A stretch of DNA of 63,252 nucleotides, counting the filler, from Hausera hauseri (taxonomy: Eukaryota): NCBI GenBank assembly GCA_046269625.1. It is 12 parts of 12 records of this genome, joined end to end, with 100 filler letters (N's around TTAATTAATTAA, not from the genome) between each part and the next. Parts side by side here need not be neighbours in the genome. Positions count along the whole stretch, not along the records: positions 1 to 5,151 come from JBJURY010321383.1; positions 5,252 to 10,123 come from JBJURY010408366.1; 10 more parts are not named here. One strand, 5' to 3'. The position numbers were made by a program, and so were the translations under genes. Under the pieces are notes generated by a model. It was not told the DNA's origin. It searched no databases and saw only the letters and a program-made list of their open reading frames with translations. Shown piece by piece: positions 1 through 10,223 of this stretch. Numbering within the stretch: position 1 is the stretch's first letter; the number at the start of each line of letters is the position of its first letter.

Positions 1-250
1 TGGATGAATTAAATCAAATTTTCAGAATTAAAAACTCGTTCCTTCAACTAATTTTGAGCCGCCTTATATAGTAAGCTGGTTGTAGGCGGAATCGTGGGCG
101 AATGGTTAGCAAATAATTTTCGAACAATTATTTTCGTTTTCTTCCCAATTATTCGCAATTGTGGGCGCATTAGCAATCAATTTTGCAGAGATAAAATTAT
201 TTTCAACTGTTTAAATTATAGGCGTAGGCCTATTAATCATCCGAAATTAA
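1..250 (-). promoter_or_regulatory. Possible LTR U3/R-like promoter (TATA box + Inr) downstream of the minus-strand ORF cluster
   Basis: Minus strand reads CTATATAAGG (62-71) followed ~20 nt later by TTAGTT (47-52). No partner LTR is visible. Confidence 0.3.
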
Positions 251-547
251 TAATAATTTTCTTTTTTTAGTTTCTAGTAATATTCTGATTAAAATGTTTG
301 GTTTCATTTTCGGCTGTATTTACAATTTGTACATTCTTTACGATTTTCGGCCTTTTCTAACATTTCTCCTCCCTGAATGGCAATCTCGGATGTTACCATT
401 GCGTCAGAAGAGGTGCCGCGTCCGAATCTGACTCATCATGCAGAGATTGCATTTCTACATGGTATGCTATATTCGGTCTCGGGGAAATATCTCCACTATT
501 TTATTATTTTCTCCATTAGAGAAATATCGCAATCTCGTAGATTCGAC

Positions 548-682
548 CCGACATACTGAGTAGGTCGTATTCCCGTTTTTCAGGGTTCACGTTTCTAAGC
601 AATATCGACAATATTTATCGGTGTAATCCTTATTATGTAATATTACAAATCCCTGATAGAGGTCTGCATCACAAACGGGACA
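548..682 (-). pseudogene. Degenerate RING-finger domain
   Basis: Manual translation gives CPVCDADLYQGFVILHNKDYTDKYCRYCLET*TLKNGNTTYSVCR: CxxC...CxxC, W>stop at the conserved RING Trp, (C>Y)xxCR end. Not in the ORF track because of the stop. Confidence 0.6.
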
Positions 683-738
683 TTCTTTTTTCTCGCCTCC
701 ATCTAGATCTACAATATGCTGGTTGACTTCAATTTGCT

Positions 739-2340
739 CTAACACAAGTCCTTGTTTGTCCTAATACAGATAGCCATATAGTTATTTTTATTTAGGGTAT
801 ATGGAACTTTTTTGGGGTCATCTGATACGGTTACCAACGTCCACTCGACGATTTTCTGTTTGTCCAGGTCTGGTGTTCCAGTTTTCTTATATTGTTTCTT
901 CAGCTGAATACGAACTTGGATCTCCACTGGGATAGTTAGTTGTTTGGTACCGTTTCTCGATTGAAATATGGGGACTAAATATTTAGCAATTTCTGTGTCT
1001 TCTTAGGCATAGCCATTTCCGCTTACGATTCTCCTTGGAACAGTGGAAACATAAAATATTGTTTCTTTAATCTTGCATTTACTATAATATTCGGCCATGA
1101 CGAGTGTTCTGGTATATTCTTTAATTTGGCCGAACTCCATTACTACTATAGGGGCTGGTTCAATCCAGTTTTTCCCGAGAACATTTAACTCGGCTCTCGA
1201 GGTTCATAACTAGAGATTTTCATTCTTCGTTCATTGGGTTCATCGGCATTTTGCCGTTTTGATTTAACTTTGGAACTTGTTATTTCCTCTTGATGAGTGG
1301 ATGCCAGACCGTTGTTAGGCAAATTTATCTCCTCGGTACGGTTATTATTAGCTTTATTTTTCTTTCTATTTTATTTTCAAAAGAGACAGTTTCGTCTTCT
1401 GTACCTTTTGGGGTTCTCTGATTTTAACTTCGTAGGTTTAATTTTCTCTGTCTCGTTTTGGTGGAGGGCTTGTTTATGTATGATTTTTTACTAATCATAA
1501 CTCTTAGGAATTTGCGGCTTTGTAAAGGAATTTTGTCTTTCTGTTCGACCTTGGCTAGTTGATGAGATTTCTTGGATATTTGACTTCCTTTGCTTCCGTC
1601 TGGACAATTCGACTCGCTTGGTTTAAACAGTGGTTTGAAAATTGTTATCACTTTGTGGGTCTATCTGTCTATGTACGGGGTATTCGCTGAATCCTCTTCG
1701 AAATTTATACATCAAATTGTTTGGACTGCTGTCAAACATCAAATTTTGTATAGGCTTTCTTGGTTTCCATTCGTGGTCCCATCGTAGACAACATAAATAT
1801 CTCTTACTAGTTTTGTCCTCTGACTTGCTGTTAATAGTTTAGGGAAAAGGAAGTATTCGTCATTCATGGCTTCTAACATCATCTTAAATTGGAATTCCCA
1901 TGACGCCGGGGAAGCAAGCATCTTCTCTTTTTCATTAGAATGCTTTCTGTTTGGCTTATGACTGTAGGGTTACGGCTTAACTATCGAATTCCAGCTATAT
2001 ATTCTTATTGGATTCCTAGCTTTTCTAGCATCTCATGCACTCTATGTCATGCTACAATGAATCCGTACAGGCAGTGGCGTACATCCTCTTGTATTTCAAG
2101 GAAATCCTTACCTTTTCAAGTTGCAACTTTGTTATTTCTGTAAGATCGGGAAAGGTATTCGTCACTTTACTCCTGGGCGAGATTGTTTTGTTTAACAGTT
2201 CCTCTCCGCTTAAATTTCTGATGGAGACTTCTATTGGTGTATACCACCTTTCTTATTTCTCTCCGTAGTTTACTGCTAAGATCCTAACATTTCAGCCGTC
2301 TGGGACTAATCTAAACGATGCTCCATTCTGCTTTATTTCA
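739..2340 (-). pseudogene. Decayed intronless orphan reading frames, co-oriented with neighbours
   Basis: A-rich minus-strand frames broken by stops (e.g. SRAELNVLGKNWIEPAPIVV...GY A*EDT...VEIQVRIQL, 739-1200). No recognisable domain. Confidence 0.35.
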
Positions 2341-2345
2341 TCTTC

Positions 2346-2966
2346 CTAGGGTTTCTGTAGATATAAGATTGGTAGTAAAGGTTTCATTATCTCGGTACGT
2401 AATGTCAGTTCAAACATGATCTTCGTTGGAATTTCGGCAATTCTGAACTCTAAGGCGTAATCCATGAGACTAGAGCAGCATAGCTCATAGGTACTAAACT
2501 TCAATTGTTGGCCTTTTTGAGTGCTCCAGGGCTGTCCTACAATTCTGTATTGGATTTCACCATCATCGACATGTATGCACATTTGCTGATGCGTCGGTTC
2601 ATATGGAATCAAATGTCTCAACAGGTACACTCTTGCATATTTTGAGTTTTTCATCGCGTATAAACGAACTAGTCTGTTTTCTTCTAAGCCCCATTTCAAT
2701 TTGTTAGGTATTCGACTCTCTTGATCAATTTCTACATATGTTTTATTCTTCAAGTTTTCTTCAATCTGGAGATATAAGATTTTCAATGGCAAATTCAAGA
2801 CTGTTACATGCGGTTGCAAGAAATCATCTATCTCATGTCTGGGACTGTGTACTGGGATCTTCGCCTTCTCGGCCATCCTTACTCCGCTGAAACAGAAATA
2901 GAGGTTAATCCTAAGACAGATTATCGTTTTGAAACAAAACATTTTCTCCGTCTGATGATAGGGCAA
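2346..2966 (-). CDS. Orphan ORF (~176-206 aa; likely start MAEKAK)
   Basis: Uninterrupted 206-codon ORF with protein-like composition; no motif recognised. Confidence 0.45.
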   Translation of the reverse strand: MPYHQTEKMFCFKTIICLRINLYFCFSGVRMAEKAKIPVHSPRHEIDDFLQPHVTVLNLPLKILYLQIEENLKNKTYVEIDQESRIPNKLKWGLEENRLVRLYAMKNSKYARVYLLRHLIPYEPTHQQMCIHVDDGEIQYRIVGQPWSTQKGQQLKFSTYELCCSSLMDYALEFRIAEIPTKIMFELTLRTEIMKPLLPILYLQKP

Positions 2967-3073
2967 CCCGATCTGTAATTGTCAGGTTATTTTATCATAA
3001 AGCTTGTCTTGGTACCCTTTTACCCGTTTATCACCTTGTTGATTTTACGCCGGTTATTACAGATTTTGGAAAC

Positions 3074-4020
3074 TTAAAAAATTGTCGCTGTTATTATAAC
3101 AAGAACGAATGTTGACAAACTAAATATAGATGTTATCGGTAAGCTGTTTGGCTTGGTAGAGCTTTCCATGGTCATCGCATTCTTGGTACTAGTATCCTTA
3201 CATTGCATTACTCCAATTTCGTTTAGAGTTCGTACTGTGAAGGTTTTATGTTTTGTACCTTCTGCGGTAATTTGGATTATATAGTCGTGCTGCGGTTGTA
3301 GTGATTTGCACTCGGTTTCCTGACTATTCTTTCTTAAAGCTATAATTTGGTTACTATGCAAAGTACGACATTCAATTTTAATCTCGTAATCCAATATCTC
3401 TTGAACGTAAAATAGAATTTTATTGTGATGTGCCAAAATTTTAACAGGTATATTCTCTAGTTCTCTTTTTTACTCAAAGTGTATTTTACTCAAAGTGACA
3501 ATATCAGTAGAAACAGTCGAGCTTGAAATAGTAGGTGGTTTGCTTGTAGTTGTTGGGAGGGAAATTTCCAATTGTCGAACTTCTGGATAATACTTTCTTA
3601 GATAAATATTTGGTTCGTTTGAATAAGTGTTATACAGATCGAATTGTATTTTGTATTTATGACTCAAAGGTACTTCGCAACATGGATTTGGTTGGTTTCG
3701 TGCGATATAACAATACTTCACAGGGGGGCCGATTTTTTTACCGGCACGAATTGAACGGAACTTTGTCTGTCTCCTGGTAATTGTATTTTGATCTTTATAT
3801 GAATACATCTGTTTTTAATATATTTAAATATTCCGATTATGTTATAATCTAAGATTCGCTTAAATGGGTCGGTATTTCGGATTATGCCGTCGGTCTTGGC
3901 CTGATTTGCTTCATTGCGTTGAGGCATATTTATGCTGAATTCTGTGATATGTAGGCGTGAGCTCCATGTATAGGGTATCAGGATAATTATTTCGTTTTTC
4001 GGAATATTTAGAATACGTGT
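3074..4020 (-). pseudogene. Membrane/GPI-anchored surface protein with Thr/Ser stalk and FN3-like domain (disrupted)
   Basis: ORFs 3718-3927, 3470-3808 and 3074-3436 join through one frameshift and one in-frame stop. They give an LPTTTSKPPTISSST stalk, the FN3 signature SLQPQHDYIIQITA, and a hydrophobic C-terminus IFSLSTFVLVIITATIF. Confidence 0.55.
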
Positions 4021-4113
4021 AACTATAATGAGATTAATCTTGCGGCCTTAATCATCAAATTGTAAAATTTGTTTAAACTGATCATATAAGTAATATTGAA
4101 TATATGCTATAAA

Positions 4114-5148
4114 ATGAGTGTGAATCAGATTAACTTTTTTGTGAATTTTGGCAGTTAATGCATATTCAGGGGTAGATATTCATAATTTACTACGAAATTC
4201 TGGCAACGATAGCATAACACTGAGAAAAGAACAAAAATTGGCAAAGGAGTTTAAAAGTAAAAGAGATTCAGTTGAAGATGGCAGAAAGGAAAATTTGGGT
4301 CGGCAATGTTTAAGAAAAAGTGAAGAAAGCATTAACCGGGTCAGTGCCTTAATAAACGAAAATGATTGTATATCTTGTAGAGCAATTGCAGCAACCACAA
4401 GAATTACAAAAGTTCTGTTTAAGAAATTCTTCAGAAATACTTAGGACTAAAAATCATTGTGGCAAAATGGATACCCTACTTACTGAGCGACAATCATAAG
4501 AAGTTGCGAGTGCAAGTTTGTACGGAGTTGCAGTAGACATCGTCAAGAAGGGGCATGAAGGAGCAGGAATATGTCTGTGATGAGAAATGGATATATTTGA
4601 ATGCGCTTTCACTTCAGAATGCTGTAAGAAAATGGTTTCCAGTTGAAGGTAACGGAGATAGGCCTACAATTGTTAGGAAGTCTCAATGCCATAAAAAGTA
4701 TCTTGCAATTGTAACTCTCAATTTTTCTGGAGACTATTACTTAAAAATATTGGAAGATGGAGGATCCATTAATGCACATAGGTATATAAATTTTTTTGAT
4801 AATTTCTTTGATCAAATCCGTCGAAAAGGAATACCACCAGAAAGGGTATTATGAATGCATGATAATGCTCGCTCTCATACCGTAACCTCAGTAGCAGATA
4901 TCCTTGATGACATTGTGGTAGAAAAGACTGGACAAAATCCACATTCAGATTTAAATTTGTTAGATAGAAATATTTTCAGAAACTTTGAAGCAAGTAGGAA
5001 AAATCACAATTTTTTGAATGTTATAGAAATGAGAAACAATATGTTGGAATTTATGAATTCCCTTACTATTGCAGAATTAAACAAGGGATTACAATGTTTA
5101 AAGGAACTCTGCATTCAGGTTGTTAATGCAGGAGGAAACTATACATGA
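4114..5148 (+). mobile_element. Mariner (DD34D-like) transposase pseudogene
   Basis: Motifs KWIPYLL (WVPHEL-like), CDEKWIY, HDNARSH, PHS-DLNLLD. Several stops and frameshifts. Confidence 0.85.
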
Positions 5149-5151
5149 TGC

Positions 5152-5251
5152 NNNNNNNNNNNNNNNNNNNNNNNNNNNNNNNNNNNNNNNNNNNNTTAAT
5201 TAATTAANNNNNNNNNNNNNNNNNNNNNNNNNNNNNNNNNNNNNNNNNNNN
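5152..5251. other. Artificial contig linker 44N-TTAATTAATTAA-44N (also at 10124, 14461, 18531, 24182, 29116, 36447, 40517, 45815, 49968, 57759)
   Basis: Identical 100-nt spacer with stops in all six frames, repeated 11 times. A plain 100-N scaffold gap is at 55196-55295. Confidence 0.97.
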
Positions 5252-5640
5252 TAATCGGAAAATCAATTTGGCACGTGTGCTAATCGATAGTGCACCCGGT
5301 ACACTATCGATCGAAAAATGTGCATGCTTACGGTGCCTTTAGGCACTGTTGCCATAGCACTTTTCACATATTGATCGCTGCACAATGCAGTATTGATCGA
5401 ATCGATCGGGATAAAGTGCTAATCGATAGTGCACATCAGTGCATATCGATCAGTACACAGTGCACTAAAGATGCACCTGTGCAAATGGGTGCAAATCAAT
5501 AATATTGGTTTTCCGATAATTCCAATATTGATGACTAGCACATGGCACCGGGTGCAATCAATTGGAGAAAACGGTGTACTATACAAGTGTGCAATTAGAA
5601 TTTAGATCGATCGTGTGGTTTTTGAATAATATCGATTCGA
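5252..5640. repeat. Degenerate palindrome-rich repeat (ATCGAT/GTGCAC/TGCA units)
   Basis: Many ATCGAT and (G)TGCAC hexamers; GTGCTAATCGATAGTGCAC occurs twice (~5277, ~5417). Confidence 0.6.
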
Positions 5641-5730
5641 AAATTTTGTGGGGTGAAGGTACATAGGTTTTTCCCGCACTAAGGAAACAAAATTCGATAA
5701 TACATTGAGTGGGGACAGATAGGAAACCAT

Positions 5731-6128
5731 GTATGGAGATTCTGAACATGAAGTCAGATATTCGAATTCAAATTTTTTTGACCGAATATTGAATTAAGCA
5801 CTATTCGAAAAATCTGATGATGTCTTTGGATTCCCCATGCGCTAAAACCCCTATAACCATTAAAATTATTCCATCAAGATGTACTATGTAGTTAAAAAAT
5901 TAATAAATCAAATGAAGCAAAATGCACATTTTATGCTCAATGAAACAGAAATTGAAAAATCTTTAAGCGTAGATAGATAGGAAACAATATGTGGCTAATC
6001 AAAATATGAGGAATTTTACAATGTGCATAAGCAACATCTGACTTCCTTTGCCAAGTCGAAGAAAGAGATATTGAATAAGAATATATTAATGGTATCATAC
6101 ATTCCACAAAAAATTCAAAACTGCGGTT
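5731..6128 (+). repeat. Left long inverted repeat flanking pPolB copy 1
   Basis: Reverse complement of 9739-10123 over ~390 bp (GTATGGAGATTCTGAA...TTCAAAACTGCGGTT), with scattered mismatches and one ~14-bp indel. Confidence 0.95.
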
Positions 6129-6312
6129 TCTACATGTTTGAATTTCAAATTTTTGATTTATTGATTAGTACTGTTACTTGTCATATATAGTTTTACTTGA
6201 TCTTATCCTAGATAACACAGTATTTAATCAAGAATGCAACACCATATTAAAACAAAATTTATTGATAGAACAATAGAACAAAGATATAACAAGAACAATA
6301 TAAAAAGCCTAT

Positions 6313-9300
6313 TTACAATATATCCATAATTGCTACATGTCCGTAAGGCAGCGTGCATATTCCATTCTCCAGGATCTCTCTTGCATCCATCCCATTTAGG
6401 CTCATTCACAGCGCCACAGTTTCGGTGTTGTGAGCTCTAGATAGGATCCTTCGCATTTGGGATATTATGTGGGTCTGCTCCTGCAGAACTCTCACATAGT
6501 CAGCGAAGCAGATTTTCTTTGCCAAGGTGGCTCTTTGAACACCTTTGGCCCGCTTCCTTATTTGGCCAAATAAATCAATGACGTACATCTTTGATCTTAA
6601 CGCCACGAATCTTGAGGTGATTGCCCCATTCAACTCATCTTTGAATTTCCCAAGGATCTTTTTTCTCTTTACAGAGAAGTTCCTATGGTCTATTGGATAG
6701 ACGGACGTATCCATATGCTGTTCCAATTGAAACAAGTCCTCTTATATGTGGTCTGTACGGATTTGATATATGAAGCTATCAGTATCCATATACATAAGCT
6801 GCGGGGTCTTGAATGTGGGGACCATGATGTCGTAGTGGAAGTCGTACATCAAGGTCTTTGGAAAGCCAAGTATCGACATACCCGCATAAATCGGCTTGCT
6901 GACCTCAAGCGATGTTTTCACCATATGAATACTGAAAAAGTTCTCTGTGTATATGGTTCTGCTGTGAAAGTTCGACTTGGCTATTAGCTTCTTGGCCCGC
7001 TTCCACTTACAGATCAGTTAGATGTTGATCATGTTCCGGATGTTTTTCATCGTTTCGCCAAAAATGCTGTTGTTACATAGCTTAAACTAACCTTTCTCGA
7101 AATCGTTTTTGGCATTGGCCCGCAGCTGCGTGTTAAAGGCAATGTATGGTTGCAACCACATTGACTTGTTGAACTGCAAAACCCGACGGATCTTCGTGAT
7201 TCTAAATTCGTTCTTTATTGCTCACTGGAGATTGATGTAGTGGGTCACATACCTCCCTGTTTTCCATATGGCAGAGTACCTTTCTGTTTACCATTAGGTG
7301 GCTGCTTGCTCTCAGGGAGGAAAGGCAACTGTTCATGCCTTGTATGGATATTATGTGGATATTCAACATCTACTAAAGTATGTGGCCCGTATCTCTATTG
7401 GGATCTACATCATTTATTGCTAAGTCTTCAGGATGCTTGAACAATTGGAAGTTACCATACGGCAATGGGGCGCTCATTGCCCATCTACATAGGTTGTTGG
7501 CATCCAAGTAGGTAATATAGGAGAATGCCTTGGGTGGATCATATTCAGCCATGTATTTGTTACTGGCCTTACTATACCGGTGAATGATCTGGCATATTCC
7601 ACCTCTAATGCCTCTCTCGATCATGAGAATCATATATAATCCTTCAAGATCTGCAGTCTAATACCGGTATATCGCAGAATTGCTGCCCAACGCATTCCTG
7701 GAGCTGTGAAGACATGAGCTGGATCTAACTTGTGGCTTGCTAGTATTACATCCCGGATGCTTTCAAAGACATCTGTCAGCCGTAGCACGTGCGTCTTAAG
7801 GTATACATCACTGTACTCTCCTATTGTTCCACACTCTAATGCTTCTCAGATCTTTTGTGCATATTGGTAATACGCATCGCTGATATCACTGTCTGAGAGC
7901 TGACTGTAAAAGTGTTTCTTGGCCGGCAATGTTTCATCCAGTGTCCCAATGATGTAATGTAATCATAGTGAAATACTTCTTTCCTCTTGAGCAAGTAAAA
8001 TGTTGTAGGAAAGAACCGCTTCGTTTCCAAAAATTTTCTGCTGGAAGATTGTTCACTAGGCTGTAAGTGAAGAAGACATGAATCAAAAACTGTCTACGAA
8101 GCGGAGTCTGAGTTTGCCAACATGTTTCGTAAAAGTTACATATTTTTCTATGTTGTTGGGGATCAAGTCGATGTTACATTCAATGTTTCCAAATTCTCGG
8201 ACTATGAAATGGCAATTATATCCACTGAGGTTGTGAAATACTATAGGAACAAATGTTACTGTTCTGCAACGTAGATTACAATTGTTGCATGCTGTACTTC
8301 AATATGTGCCTGTAAAATGGTAGTGATTCCTGACTTTGTGATTAGCCTTAGTGAAAGATTTGGAGCACAAGTAGCATGTTGTTGCCTTGCGCCATTCTTG
8401 TTCGTGCTCATTTGACATGGTCATTTTACCCAAATCCTTATGTTGCTTATGTTGCAATTTAGACCCCTGAATAGAAATGGTACCTTGTCCAGTCCTTTTG
8501 CATTCATACAATGTAACGAGGGTTCGTGATATTGGTATGCTATTGTACTGCTATGTTGTGGATTTGGATTGCAATTCTGAATTGGACCCTAAATTTCTTT
8601 AAAGTCGTAGTAGATGATTATTGGAACCTTGAGCTTCTGTTCAAAGTCTTTGAATTCTACATGGTCCTCCTTGGAAAATTCTATCCTAATACAATAATTG
8701 TTGCTGCAGTATATCTCGTGCTACTTCAGCTTCTCCACAGATGCACCGCCACGGAAATGGGACAAACAGCTTTTGCACATTTCAATACTTCCATGATTTG
8801 TTGTTTGGGATCTTACTAGATGCTCAACGTTTTTGACCCAAACGAAATGCCTTTTTTCTCCATCATCTAACAGGAGCACATCCCTATGATCTTCCAATTC
8901 AGCATCGAATATTTGTAGCGAATAGAATTTAGTATTTGAAACACATTGTATCATCATTATGGACATTAATACATGATTTTTTTTTCACGATCCATTCACA
9001 AAGCTGTATATAGGAGCTGCTTCGCACCGGGGAGTACTTGGGCACAAAGACATTCAATCTCTTTATGATTACCAGAGTCCATCCGCTCTCATCCTGCCTG
9101 TCCTCAGCTTCACATATCACCTTCGCGTGTTCTTCATGCAGCCATTCTGAAATATTGGTGGTTTCCAATATCGACATTAACATTGGTAAATGCAGCCTTT
9201 AATTTTAACTTGACTTTAAGGGCTTTGAGCTCCGCCATGTTATCTTGGAGAATCCCCATGGTTTCATTATTTGTATATTCCAGAAATTCATGGAGCGTTG

Positions 9301-9736
9301 TTTGATCAGTTGCAGATATGAAATCTGCGGACTTTGCTCTTCAATGCTGCAATATCAACTGCTCGCTGCTTTGACTTCTTGGTGGCGCATTTGGAATATC
9401 TGCTGCTGCACGTTTTAATTCTGTGTGCTGCTGTGTCATTGATTCAGTGTTCTGCGTTGATGCATGTGGAACTGGCTGTACTGCATCTGGAACTGGTTGT
9501 GGGGCTGCAAAAGCAAGATTATGTTGCTCATTGAAGATGGTTTTCTTGGACTTTGACTCGAAGTCTGTCAAATGAACTTTATGATCTTCATAAAAGTTCT
9601 TGTATAATGAGTCGCAAACAGTCTTGCATCGTGGACAAATATAATATTGGATCCGGTTAAATGTGTGTCCGTAGTAGCGCTGCATTGTATCATAGCAGTT
9701 CTATGGATTGTGTATTGCGGATGTGCAATACACGTA
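6313..9736 (-). pseudogene. Polinton-type pPolB pseudogene (copy 1)
   Basis: Fragments are colinear with the intact ORF 41297-45064: YICPRCKTV, CYLCSKSF..VRNHYHFTG, YLDANNL, YMDTDSFIY, KMY..KRAKGV, TLPYGH. Confidence 0.95.
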
Positions 9737-9738
9737 TG

Positions 9739-10123
9739 AACCGCAGTTTTGAACTTTTTGTGGAATGTATAATATCATTAATATATTCTTATTGAATATC
9801 TCTTTCTTCGACTTGGCAAAGGAAGTCAGATGTTGCTTATGCACATTGTAGAATTTCTCATATTTCTATTCGCCTCATATTGTTTCCTATCTATCTACGC
9901 ATAAAGATTTTTCAATTTCTGCTTCATTGAGCACAAAATGTGCATTTTGCTTCATTCGATTTATTGATTTTTCTTCTTCATGGAATACTTTTAATGGTTA
10001 TAGGGGTTTTAGCGCATGGGGAATCCAAAGACATCATCAGATTTTTCGAATAGTGCTTAATTCGATATTCGGTCAAAAAAATTTGAATTCGAATATCTGA
10101 CTTCATATTCAGAATCTCCATAC
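9739..10123 (-). repeat. Right long inverted repeat flanking pPolB copy 1 (outer end cut by linker)
   Basis: Matches 5731-6128 in inverted orientation. Confidence 0.95.
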
Positions 10124-10223
10124 NNNNNNNNNNNNNNNNNNNNNNNNNNNNNNNNNNNNNNNNNNNNTTAATTAATTAANNNNNNNNNNNNNNNNNNNNN
10201 NNNNNNNNNNNNNNNNNNNNNNN

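Noticed and set aside
308-321. 14-bp match TTTCGGCTGTATTT with ~61276, which would link contig 1 to contig 12
   Set aside because: A match this short is expected by chance in an AT-rich 63-kb window, and the flanks do not align.
5196-5207. Recurring TTAATTAATTAA palindrome
   Set aside because: Artificial six-frame-stop linker between N runs.
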